DNA of 64,000 nucleotides from Methanomicrobiales archaeon. Its GTDB lineage: Archaea > Halobacteriota > Methanomicrobia > Methanomicrobiales > Methanospirillaceae. The notes beneath the pieces were generated by a model. That model did not search any database and was not told the origin of the DNA. It saw only the letters and a program-made list of their open reading frames with translations. Position 1 is the stretch's first letter, and every line of letters begins with the position of its first letter. Positions 50,348 to 58,991 of this stretch are shown here, one piece after another. The stretch lies in contig JBAXJR010000004.1 of assembly GCA_037137755.1 (NCBI GenBank), positions 14,552 through 78,551 of the forward strand. Direction: 5' to 3'. A program made the position numbers and the translations under genes.

Positions 50348-50838
50348 TGCTCATCCTTCCCCGGGAGCAAAGAAAATTTTTTAAAGTCCCTTTTGGAATT
50401 CTTTATCCTGACATTGCTGATATTATTCCACTTATCAGGGGAAAACAGGTATACACGGTTGGGGACGTAGTCACGCACCGTCTCCTTGAGCTGGGGATCA
50501 CTCCTGATATTGCGATTATCGACGGGCATACCATGAGATCCCCGTGCGACAGGACGCCCGTTATCTATGCCCACTGCATACGGGTAAAAAATCCTCCAGG
50601 TTCGCTCTCTGATGAACTGATGAAGGGGCTGAAGGAGGCCCTCCGACACCCGCAGGTAATGATCTTTGTGGACGGGGAGGAAGATTTGGCAGTTATTCCC
50701 CTTGTAATCGCTGCAAATGAAGGATCCGTCGTTTTATACGGCCAGCCACGTGAGGGTGTTGTGTTCCGTCTGGTCGATCTGGAAGCGAAGGAGAAAGCCC
50801 GGGATATGCTGACCTATTTTGTAAATAGCCCTGAATAG
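50347..50838 (+). CDS. GTP-dependent dephospho-CoA kinase (DUF359 family)
   Basis: VGDVVTHRLLELGITPDIAIIDGHTMR is typical of DUF359/archaeal DPCK. TAATG overlap with spt4. Confidence 0.8.
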   Translation: MLILPREQRKFFKVPFGILYPDIADIIPLIRGKQVYTVGDVVTHRLLELGITPDIAIIDGHTMRSPCDRTPVIYAHCIRVKNPPGSLSDELMKGLKEALRHPQVMIFVDGEEDLAVIPLVIAANEGSVVLYGQPREGVVFRLVDLEAKEKARDMLTYFVNSPE

Positions 50839-50940
50839 TTTGTTTATTAACAAAACAACGATTTCATGCCATTTCTAGGTATCCGCACGAACCATGATCA
50901 TATTTTATATAAAGTCGTTACCTATAATTAGAGGATATCG

Positions 50941-51237
50941 ATGGAGTTTGAGATAACGAAGGATAAGAGAAACGAGCTTCTCATGAGGAGAGAACTCAAT
51001 TTCGTCCTCCGATACGATGGTGCTACCCCCTCAAGGATGCAAATCACCGGGAAATTATCAGCACTTCTCAATACGAATGAGAAGCAGATGGTAATTGATT
51101 CATTAAAGACCGGTTTCGGAAGGATGGAACTCACAGGGATGGCCCGGATATATGATAACGAAGAGACAAAGGTGAAAACCGAGCGGCAATACCTGATGAC
51201 CCGCGGGGTACCAAAACCGAAGGAAGAGGCAGCGTAG
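50941..51237 (+). CDS. rps24e: 30S ribosomal protein S24e
   Basis: 98 aa, [13 protein letters not shown]...TGFG, typical of S24e. Confidence 0.9.
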   Translation: MEFEITKDKRNELLMRRELNFVLRYDGATPSRMQITGKLSALLNTNEKQMVIDSLKTGFGRMELTGMARIYDNEETKVKTERQYLMTRGVPKPKEEAA

Positions 51238-51239
51238 TC

Positions 51240-51422
51240 ATGGCAGCGAAAAAAGCCAAGGAATCAAAGGCAGCCAAACGCGGTTCATATTACAAAGTCG
51301 ATGGAGACAAGGTCACCACCGATAAGAAATACTGCCCAAGGTGCGGTCCCGGAATTATTATGGCCGGGCACAAAGACCGCTCTGCCTGTGGAAAATGTGG
51401 CTATACCGAATTTACTAAATAA
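51240..51422 (+). CDS. rps27ae: 30S ribosomal protein S27ae
   Basis: 60 aa with the zinc ribbon [25 protein letters not shown]. Confidence 0.9.
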   Translation: MAAKKAKESKAAKRGSYYKVDGDKVTTDKKYCPRCGPGIIMAGHKDRSACGKCGYTEFTK

Positions 51423-51428
51423 GATTAG

Positions 51429-53012
51429 ATGCCTGTTTTTGGGCCGGTCCTGGGGATTGAAGGCACTGCCTGGAATCTCAGTGCCGCTGTTTTTGATACG
51501 TCCCTCCGGGCGATCTGTTCCCGTCCTTACAAACCAGCACAGGGGGGTATTCACCCGAGGGAAGCTGCCCAGCACCATGCATCGGAGATGAGATCGGTCA
51601 TCTCCCGTGTACTCGAGGACTTTGGTGACACGTCACGCATTGAAGGGGTCGCTTTTTCTATCGGGCCCGGCCTCGGCCCTTGTCTCCGGACCGTCGCTAC
51701 CGCCTCCCGTTCGTTATCTTTGGCGCTTGGCGTGCCACTTGTCGGGGTTAACCATTGTGTTGCTCATGTCGAGATTGGACGGTATACAACAGGCTGTAAT
51801 GACCCGGTCACCCTGTATGCCAGCGGGGCAAATACCCAGGTAATCGGCTACCTGAAATCCAGGTACCGCATTTTCGGTGAAACCCTTGATATCGGGCTTG
51901 GCAATGCGCTGGACAAATTTGCCAGGACAAAAGGGCTCCCTCATCCTGGCGGGCCCGTCATCGAGGCACTTGCCGCAAAAGGGAGTTATATTGAGCTGCC
52001 TTATACCGTGAAAGGGATGGACCTGGCATTCTCCGGCCTTGTAAGCGCGGCGAAAGATAGAAGGGAGGCTATTGAAGACGTCTGTAACGGCCTCCAGGAG
52101 ACTGCATTTGCCATGTGTGCCGAGGTGACTGAACGGGCGCTGGCACATAGCGGGAAAGATGAAGTGCTGCTGGTCGGCGGTGTCGGGGCAAACAGGCGAC
52201 TTCGCGATATGCTGAAGGTAATGGCAGAAGAGAGAGGTGCATCGTTCCATGTGCCTGATACAGGGTTCCTGGGGGATAATGGTGCCATGATAGCATACAC
52301 GGGAAGGGTGATGCTCGAACATGGTGTCACTACCCCTCTTGCGTCCTCCCATGTCAATCCCTCCTTCCGCGTGGACCAGGTCGATGTTGTGTGGCGGTCA
52401 GGTGAGACGGCACCGGCGGTCCCTGTTCACCGGGCCGGACGTACCACTGCAATCGGAGCTGAGGCCACCGTAACGATGGGCCGGCATGAGGTCTGTAAAG
52501 AACGAGGTGGGAAATGCTACCGGTCCCCGGGCCTCGACCGGCAGCTTATCCGCGAACGCACCCGCACGGAGGCACGCCTCATCTCAATGGCGAGAAGGGC
52601 AGGGGTACCTACGCCTGTCATCAGGGATATCAATGAGAATTCCATCCTGATGGAAAAAATCGAAGGCCCGATGCTCAAAGAATGCCTGGAACCGCACCTC
52701 GTATGCGAGGCGGGTAAAATGGTCGGTCGTCTTCACCGGGCTGGGATCATCCATGGGGACCTCACAACGAGTAATATCCTGGTACATGGCGGCAGGTGTG
52801 TGCTGATTGATTTCGGTCTTGCACAGGTATCGTCGGAGATTGAACCGCGGGGTGTCGATATTCACGTATTTTTCCAGACCCTGGAAAGTATGGTTGAAAA
52901 CCACGAACAACTCCGGCAGTGCTTTATCGAGGGTTACTCAGGGGAATTTGACCATGCAGGCGAGGTTGTTGCCCGGGAACAGGAGATCCTGCAAAGAGGG
53001 CGTTATTTATGA
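51429..53012 (+). CDS. kae1-bud32: Bifunctional Kae1 (tRNA t6A synthase) / Bud32 kinase fusion
   Basis: N-terminal GIEGTAWN and HCVAHVE Kae1 motifs. The C-terminal roughly 200 aa is an RIO-like kinase (IIHGDLTTSNIL, LIDFGL). Confidence 0.9.
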   Translation: MPVFGPVLGIEGTAWNLSAAVFDTSLRAICSRPYKPAQGGIHPREAAQHHASEMRSVISRVLEDFGDTSRIEGVAFSIGPGLGPCLRTVATASRSLSLALGVPLVGVNHCVAHVEIGRYTTGCNDPVTLYASGANTQVIGYLKSRYRIFGETLDIGLGNALDKFARTKGLPHPGGPVIEALAAKGSYIELPYTVKGMDLAFSGLVSAAKDRREAIEDVCNGLQETAFAMCAEVTERALAHSGKDEVLLVGGVGANRRLRDMLKVMAEERGASFHVPDTGFLGDNGAMIAYTGRVMLEHGVTTPLASSHVNPSFRVDQVDVVWRSGETAPAVPVHRAGRTTAIGAEATVTMGRHEVCKERGGKCYRSPGLDRQLIRERTRTEARLISMARRAGVPTPVIRDINENSILMEKIEGPMLKECLEPHLVCEAGKMVGRLHRAGIIHGDLTTSNILVHGGRCVLIDFGLAQVSSEIEPRGVDIHVFFQTLESMVENHEQLRQCFIEGYSGEFDHAGEVVAREQEILQRGRYL

Positions 53013-53554
53013 AACTTCTTGTCGTAACGAGTAACCCCCACAAGGCCGACGAGATCAGGTCTTACTTTGGTGGCGCGATTGAGGTGGAAGATGTCCGGCT
53101 CGAATGCCCGGAGTGCCGCCATGATGATGTTGCAGAAATCGCACGATATAAAGCAGAATTTGCATGGGAAAAACTTAAAAGGCCCCTGATCGTGGACGAT
53201 ACTGCGTTCTGCATCGAATCCTTGGCTGGTTTCCCCGGTCCGTACGCAGCCTATGTATTCTATACAATCGGTAACGAAGGGATCCTCAGGCTTACTGCAG
53301 GAAAAAACAGGGTGGCCCATTTCGAAACTGCCATTGCCTATGCGGACTCTTCGGGGATAAGGGTATTCCGCGGGATATTACCGGGTCACATTGTTGAACC
53401 CCGTGGTAGGGAGGGATTTGGTTATGATCCCATTTTTGAATGGAACGGCCGGACTCTTGCAGAAATCCCGCTCGATGAGAAGAGCAGGATATCCCACCGG
53501 GCTTTAGCACTCGGGGAATTACAAGGCTGGCTGCTCGCAGAAGGGGATGTATAA
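53009..53554 (+). CDS. Non-canonical purine NTP pyrophosphatase (HAM1/RdgB family)
   Basis: VVTSNPHKADE, FPGPY, GFGYDPIF and SHR motifs. ATGA overlap with the upstream gene. Confidence 0.85.
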   Translation: MKLLVVTSNPHKADEIRSYFGGAIEVEDVRLECPECRHDDVAEIARYKAEFAWEKLKRPLIVDDTAFCIESLAGFPGPYAAYVFYTIGNEGILRLTAGKNRVAHFETAIAYADSSGIRVFRGILPGHIVEPRGREGFGYDPIFEWNGRTLAEIPLDEKSRISHRALALGELQGWLLAEGDV

Positions 53555-53631
53555 AGGAATTTCCCGCAACTGTTAAGTGGAAAGAGAGCTTTGTTTATAA
53601 GACAGAATAAAACTGGAATGTGGTGTAGAAA

Positions 53632-53778
53632 ATGGCAAGATTTCCTGAAGCAGAAGCCCGCCTTCTTAATGTAAAAATTTGTATGCGCTGTAATGCAAGG
53701 AATGCAATTCGTGCGACACAGTGCCGAAAATGCGGGTACCAGAATCTGCGCCCTAAGAACAAAGAGCGAAAAGCCTGA
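53632..53778 (+). CDS. rpl40e: 50S ribosomal protein L40e
   Basis: Translated by hand and below the ORF-track size cutoff: [48 protein letters not shown]. This is the L40e zinc-ribbon signature. Confidence 0.85.
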   Translation: MARFPEAEARLLNVKICMRCNARNAIRATQCRKCGYQNLRPKNKERKA

Positions 53779-53779
53779 T

Positions 53780-54430
53780 TCAGGCACTATAGAACGTCAC
53801 TCTTTTTCCTTTCTGGGCGTATTCCCCTTTGAAAGTTTCAATGTTGCGCTTGTAACCCAACCTGTCCGCGAACCCAAGTTTATGCAATTCTTCACGTACC
53901 CGCATAACTTCTGCCTCGTCCTGCCAGTCTGCGGTGTATACATAGATCACTTTCATCTGGTCTCTTGAATCCGGGTTAGGTTTGGCCGTGCTGACCTTGG
54001 CTGAGATCCCAAGAATATTTGCGCAGGTCGCGTCCCTGATTTTTTTCCACGGTTCGTCAACCTGGTCAGGCGGGAGGAAAATCAGCCATTTTCCTGCAAT
54101 TTCGTCTTCAATTGCTTCAGGCGGAATGTCGGGGGCCTCCTGGATAATCCAGTACATCCGGGTTGTCTTGGACGGGATCACCCCTTCTCCCCTGGTTATC
54201 ATCTCGTATATCTGGTCAATTCCCCCGAATTTCACCAGGAGTGCATCCCCAAGCTGGGGGTATTCTTCCCCGAACCTGGAAAAAAAAGCGACAAAATGGT
54301 CTTTGAAGTCGATGTTCTGTTCGACCAGCTGGAACAGGTAGTTCCCTTCCGCGCGGAGCTCTTTATTCAATGCCAGTTCGAAGAGTCCGTACGCCACATC
54401 AGCCAGTGCTTCAGGTCCGACTTCAGCCAT
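53780..54430 (-). CDS. DUF1917 (Bles03-like) domain protein
   Basis: The C-terminal half, KWLIFLPP...WKKI...LGISAKVST...VIYVYTADWQDEAEV...LGYKRNIETFKGEY, resembles DUF1917. Assignment is from recollection. Confidence 0.45.
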   Translation of the reverse strand: MAEVGPEALADVAYGLFELALNKELRAEGNYLFQLVEQNIDFKDHFVAFFSRFGEEYPQLGDALLVKFGGIDQIYEMITRGEGVIPSKTTRMYWIIQEAPDIPPEAIEDEIAGKWLIFLPPDQVDEPWKKIRDATCANILGISAKVSTAKPNPDSRDQMKVIYVYTADWQDEAEVMRVREELHKLGFADRLGYKRNIETFKGEYAQKGKRVTFYSA

Positions 54431-54614
54431 AGTTAACCGTCCGATGTCGTGTGAAAAAAAGGTTCTGTTTGGTGTCTCATATATCCTTCCATAGCAGTCC
54501 CGTATTCCTGTTTATACCGGGTCATCGGCAATGAGGGCAATTCCCCCGGATTTAGAACGGTATTTTTGCCATTGTCGAATGTTTTAAGAGTAAAAGAAAC
54601 AACGTGTACAGATT

Positions 54615-55496
54615 ATGAAATGGAAAAGAGACTGGGGTCTGACGAGCAGGGTCATATTAACGATGTTCCTGCTGTTCGTAGTATACCTCGTTTTCATTGC
54701 CGTACTTCTGGCGCTGGGTATTTCAATGTCGTTTATGATCCTTATCGTAGTGGTCATGGCATTTATCCAGTACTTCTTCTCAGATAGACTGGTGCTCTGG
54801 TCGACCGGTTCAAGGGTCATCCAGGATGATGAGTACCCGGAACTGCACCAGATGGTAGAAAAACTCTGCAGGGAGGCAGACCTGCCTGTACCGAGGATAG
54901 CGATTATGCAGAGTCCCGTCCCCAATGCATTCGCGACCGGAAGGAGCCCGAAACATGCCGTCGTCGCATGCACGGATTCCATCATGCGCTTACTGTCAAA
55001 AGATGAACTCGAGGCGGTGGTCGCACACGAATTATCACACGTAAAAAACCGTGATGTCCTTACCATGACGATTGCCAGTTTTATAGCCATGCTCGCTGCA
55101 ATAATTATGCAGAATTTCCTTTTTGCATCGTTGTTCAGCAGGCGCGGCGATGGTGCCGGGGCATGGATTATCGCGGGAATTGTTGCGGCAATCGTCTGGT
55201 TCGTTGCGACACTCCTCATGATGGCACTCTCCAGGTACCGCGAGTTTGCTGCTGACCGGGGCAGCGCGTATATCACGAATAACCCGCGGGCCCTGATCTC
55301 CGCCCTGAACAAAATCAGCGGAAGGATGGACAGTATCCCGCCGGAGGCAAAGGCAAAAATCGAGGGTTCAAATGCGTTCTTTATCATTCCGGCACTTTCC
55401 GGGAATAAATTCCTTGCCTTGTTCGCAACCCATCCCCCACTTGAAAAGCGTATTGCGAACCTTGAAAGAGTGGAAGAAGAGCTCAGATCAGGGTAG
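54615..55496 (+). CDS. htpX: Zinc metalloprotease HtpX (M48)
   Basis: HELSHVKNRD zinc motif, four TM segments and C-terminal THPPLEKRI. Confidence 0.9.
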   Translation: MKWKRDWGLTSRVILTMFLLFVVYLVFIAVLLALGISMSFMILIVVVMAFIQYFFSDRLVLWSTGSRVIQDDEYPELHQMVEKLCREADLPVPRIAIMQSPVPNAFATGRSPKHAVVACTDSIMRLLSKDELEAVVAHELSHVKNRDVLTMTIASFIAMLAAIIMQNFLFASLFSRRGDGAGAWIIAGIVAAIVWFVATLLMMALSRYREFAADRGSAYITNNPRALISALNKISGRMDSIPPEAKAKIEGSNAFFIIPALSGNKFLALFATHPPLEKRIANLERVEEELRSG

Positions 55497-55685
55497 TTAT
55501 AAAGAATATTTTTTTGGCAGGATAGTTATCACAACACCGGTGAACGGGAATTAAAGGGGATTTCTGTATAGTTCAGTGGCGTGGATATGCATCGCCTAAA
55601 ACCTGGTCTTTTCCCCTGGATTTTTTCAGAACAGAACAAAAATAATAAAGGGGGTTACCTCAATAATAAGAAGGCACATTGCTTC

Positions 55686-55756
55686 GCATCGATGGTCTAG
55701 AGGCATGACTTAGGCCTTCCAAGCCTATAGCCCGGGTTCGATTCCCGGTCGATGCA
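55686..55756 (+). tRNA. tRNA-Gly (anticodon UCC)
   Basis: Cloverleaf folded by hand. Acceptor stem GCATCGA/TCGATGC, anticodon stem TAGGC/GCCTA with loop CT-TCC-AA, and T arm CCGGG-TTCGATT-CCCGG. No encoded CCA. Confidence 0.85.
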
Positions 55757-55760
55757 TTCT

Positions 55761-55834
55761 GGGCTCGTGGTCTAGCTGGTTATGACGTCGCCTTCACACG
55801 GCGAAGATCTCGTGTTCGAATCACGACGAGCCCA
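55761..55834 (+). tRNA. tRNA-Val (anticodon CAC)
   Basis: Acceptor stem GGGCTCG/CGAGCCC, anticodon stem TCGCC/GGCGA with loop TT-CAC-AC, and a TTCGAAT T-loop. It lies 4 nt after tRNA-Gly, so the two are probably co-transcribed. Confidence 0.85.
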
Positions 55835-55889
55835 TCCTGTTTTAAGAATATAAGGACCTCCCGGGTATTTCCCGAAGTGTACCATACAA

Positions 55890-56768
55890 ATGGCTAATAT
55901 TCATAAGGACAAAAACAATTTACTACCTATGTGTACCCGGCGCTTATCACGAGTGGCAATCCTGGTACTGGTTATTGTGGTATTCCTTCAGCCCGTAAGT
56001 GCTGATACCACCTTTGAGATAGCGATATCGCTGGCACAGAAAGGAGACATCTCCTATAGCGAGGGCCTTTATGCAGAGGCACTTACGTCCTACACCGCGT
56101 CAGTCGGACAGGACCCCTATAACAGCGTGGTATGGAATAAACTCGGGATGACGCAGAGAAAGCTAGGACAGTACGCGGGTGCAGTGGACTCGTTTGATCA
56201 AGCCGTCAAGCTTGACCCTTATTTTGGACAGGCATGGGTGAATAAGGGGGACGCGCTGAAAAACCTTGGTAAAACCGGGGACGCGATTGAGGCATACGAC
56301 CGTGCCATCGCAATTAACCCAAACGACCTCCACGCCCTCGTCAACAAGGGAGTAGACCTGCAGGAGCTGGGAAACCAGGAAGAGGCCCAGAAAGTCTTTA
56401 ACGAAGTGATCAGGTTATCTGACAAAGAGATCCGTGTACATCCCAACGATGCCAAATTCGACGCCGAGCTCTATAATTACAGGGCTTTGGCCTTCACAAA
56501 ACAGGGCAGGTACCGGGAAGCGCTCCAGTCCTATGACCAGGCACTGTCAATAGACCCAAAGCATATTGAAGCGCTTAAGAATAAACAAGCCCTCCTATCA
56601 GCCCTTGATTCGATGGGAAATGTATCATTACCACAAACTTTACCGACTACGGGAGTTACTGGTGTACGGCCGACAAAAAAACCCGCACCCATGATACCAT
56701 ATATGCCAGTCGTTGGTTTCGTTGTCCTGGCACTCTGGTCAGTGTATGTGAAACGCCGGCAACCCTGA
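55890..56768 (+). CDS. Secreted TPR-repeat protein with C-terminal membrane anchor
   Basis: N-terminal signal-like RRLSRVAILVLVIVVFLQPVSA, about six TPR repeats, a Pro/Thr linker, then a hydrophobic helix followed by KRRQP. Confidence 0.75.
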   Translation: MANIHKDKNNLLPMCTRRLSRVAILVLVIVVFLQPVSADTTFEIAISLAQKGDISYSEGLYAEALTSYTASVGQDPYNSVVWNKLGMTQRKLGQYAGAVDSFDQAVKLDPYFGQAWVNKGDALKNLGKTGDAIEAYDRAIAINPNDLHALVNKGVDLQELGNQEEAQKVFNEVIRLSDKEIRVHPNDAKFDAELYNYRALAFTKQGRYREALQSYDQALSIDPKHIEALKNKQALLSALDSMGNVSLPQTLPTTGVTGVRPTKKPAPMIPYMPVVGFVVLALWSVYVKRRQP

Positions 56769-56783
56769 AAAGGCATCCTGTTA

Positions 56784-57956
56784 TTGGTACAGGTCATTTT
56801 TTTTAGATCACCGGAAATATGTCTGAGGGAACTTTTGTTTTACCATATCATCCTTACCGACGACTGCAATCTCTGCTGCACTTACTGCCGCGGTAAATCG
56901 TTTGATGTATGCGGGGATTCGGTTATAGATGGGATCACCATTGATCCGGAACTCCCTACCGAATTTAGCGTAAGCCTTCCGGAACTCTATCATTTTTTAT
57001 CGCTTGATCCCGAGGCGGTCCTCACGTTTTATGGAGGTGAACCCCTGATGAGGTCGGATCTTGTCCACGAGATCCTGCACAATGCCCCGGTAAACCGGTT
57101 CATGCTCCAGACCAACGGGACACTTCTCAATACCTTGGAACCCGCGGATCTCAGGAAGTTCGAGACCATCCTGGTCTCAATCGACGGGCCGGAATGGCTG
57201 ACCGATTCCAACCGGGGTGCCGGCACGTACCGGACTGTGGTCGATAACCTGAATTTTATCAGGGAAATGGGTCATCCTGGTGAATTAATTGCCCGGATGA
57301 CGGTAAACGAGAGGACTGACATTTACGATGCAGTTACCTTCCTTTCGGAGAACGCGGATTTTTGTTTTTCGTCCGTACACTGGCAGATTGATGCGAATTT
57401 TGCAAACGACTTTCATTCGCGGCACTTTGAGGAGTGGGTTGAGTGCAGTTACAACCCAGGTATCACCAGGCTTGTCCGGTACTGGGTTGACTGCATGAAG
57501 GCAGAGCGGAAGGTACTGCGATGGTACCCCTTCCTTGACCCGACTGAGGACCTCCTGAATGGTCGCAAGTCCCGGCTGAGGTGCGGCGCGGGTTATGCCA
57601 ATTACAGTATCATGACTGACGGGAGTATTGCAGCCTGCCCGGTAATGGTCGGGATGAAGGACTATTATCTCGGGCATATCGATCATTCTGACCCCGGGCA
57701 CCTGCCCGAACTATCTGTGCGTGGCAAATGTACTGAATGTGAGATCCTTGATTTTTGTGGAGGACGATGTCTCTACTCCACAATCACCAGGCCGTGGACC
57801 GAAGAACAGAACCGTGTCCTCTGCAGGACGATAACGCACCTCCGTGAATGCCTCATGGGTGGTATCCCCGAAGTATCAGGCCTGATCAGGGACGGGGTCG
57901 TTAACCGGGACTCGTTTCTTCACACCAAGTTCAACGGTTGCGAGATAATCCCGTAG
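56784..57956 (+). CDS. Radical SAM enzyme with C-terminal SPASM domain
   Basis: CNLCCTYC supplies the CX3CX2C cluster. The SPASM cysteines are CGAGYANYSIMTDGSIAAC and CTECEILDFCGGRC. There is no in-frame ATG upstream of the cluster, so the start is TTG at 56784 or 56835. Confidence 0.8.
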   Translation: MVQVIFFRSPEICLRELLFYHIILTDDCNLCCTYCRGKSFDVCGDSVIDGITIDPELPTEFSVSLPELYHFLSLDPEAVLTFYGGEPLMRSDLVHEILHNAPVNRFMLQTNGTLLNTLEPADLRKFETILVSIDGPEWLTDSNRGAGTYRTVVDNLNFIREMGHPGELIARMTVNERTDIYDAVTFLSENADFCFSSVHWQIDANFANDFHSRHFEEWVECSYNPGITRLVRYWVDCMKAERKVLRWYPFLDPTEDLLNGRKSRLRCGAGYANYSIMTDGSIAACPVMVGMKDYYLGHIDHSDPGHLPELSVRGKCTECEILDFCGGRCLYSTITRPWTEEQNRVLCRTITHLRECLMGGIPEVSGLIRDGVVNRDSFLHTKFNGCEIIP

Positions 57957-57965
57957 TTGCGTTTA

Positions 57966-58991
57966 TCACCGGTACCTTACTACCTGGGCACCCCACGTAA
58001 ACCCGATCCCGCTGCTTGCCAGCACGACGAGATCTCCGGGTTTGATCAGCGCATCATCCCGTTGCAGGCCCAGTGCAAATATGGTGTCCCCGGGACCGAT
58101 GCTGCCAAAATCCTTCATGGTTGACCTGGTCTTTGTAGCGTCAAGACCCAGTTCTGCAAGGATATCCATTACCCGGGTCTTTTTGATCTGGTTTGTCAGC
58201 AGCCATGAGATCTCCGGGGTCTGGTAACCGCTTTTAAGAACTGCTTTCCGGATAACACTGATAAAATTGCCTAGGAAAACATCAGGGCTGATATCCGCGA
58301 GGGCTTTCGCTGGATCAACAGAGATCCGGGATGCGTGTTTCTGGTTGCTACAAAGTTCTGCAACCCGGGTGCCAACGCAGGGGATTTTTACATAATCCCC
58401 GCATGTACCGTCTGTGATGCCCTCGTAGGTGAGGAGTTCATTTGAAGGCTCATCCCGGGTAAGGACTGCAGCAGCTGCACCGTCGCCAATTGCAAAAAAT
58501 GGGAGTGTATCCGTATTCCCGTAATTCATCACCGGGGAGAGTTTATCGCTGCAGACGATCAGGGCAGATTTTTTTGCGGAGTCTGACTTTAACAGGTTAT
58601 TACAGATATTGATGGCGAGAATCCCCCCATTGCAGGCTCCTTTTATGTCAATAGTGAATGCATTGGGTGCTCTGAGAATATGCTGCAGCCTTGATGACGG
58701 GGACCAGAACTGGTAATCGTAACATCCGGCTCCACAATACGCAATAATATTAATATCTGCAGGGTTTATGCGGCCCTTTTCAATTGCTGATAATGCTGCC
58801 TTTTCGGCCATTAATACCGGGTGTTCATCGGGCCCGGCGATATGTTTTTGCTCGATCCCGAATTTTTCGGTAAGTATTGTGAGTGGGATACCGGAGATCT
58901 CTGCAATTTCAGCACTCGTGATCACCTGTTTCGGTATATAATACCCGATCGAAGTAATCCCGACGCTGGTATGGCTCTCCGGAGGTCCCAT
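57966..58991 (-). CDS. FabH-like (KAS III / thiolase-fold) condensing-enzyme homolog
   Basis: 341 aa with the thiolase-fold layout. The nucleophile region is IKGACNGGILAINI and the C-terminus is SSGIGFTWGA. Confidence 0.7.
   Translation of the reverse strand: MGPPESHTSVGITSIGYYIPKQVITSAEIAEISGIPLTILTEKFGIEQKHIAGPDEHPVLMAEKAALSAIEKGRINPADINIIAYCGAGCYDYQFWSPSSRLQHILRAPNAFTIDIKGACNGGILAINICNNLLKSDSAKKSALIVCSDKLSPVMNYGNTDTLPFFAIGDGAAAAVLTRDEPSNELLTYEGITDGTCGDYVKIPCVGTRVAELCSNQKHASRISVDPAKALADISPDVFLGNFISVIRKAVLKSGYQTPEISWLLTNQIKKTRVMDILAELGLDATKTRSTMKDFGSIGPGDTIFALGLQRDDALIKPGDLVVLASSGIGFTWGAQVVRYR

Noticed and set aside
55560-55625. tRNA-like string (TAGTTCAGTGG, GCATCGCC) upstream of tRNA-Gly
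   Set aside because: I could not fold it into an acceptor/D/anticodon/T cloverleaf. It most likely belongs to the tRNA promoter and leader region.
56819-56896. Out-of-frame ATG ORF (about 25 aa, MSEGTFVLPYHPYRR...) at the 5' end of the radical SAM gene, considered either as the true start via frameshift or as a precursor peptide
   Set aside because: Its translation does not continue into radical SAM motifs. It has no Cys/Gly-rich core typical of SPASM substrates, and it overlaps the enzyme N-terminus.
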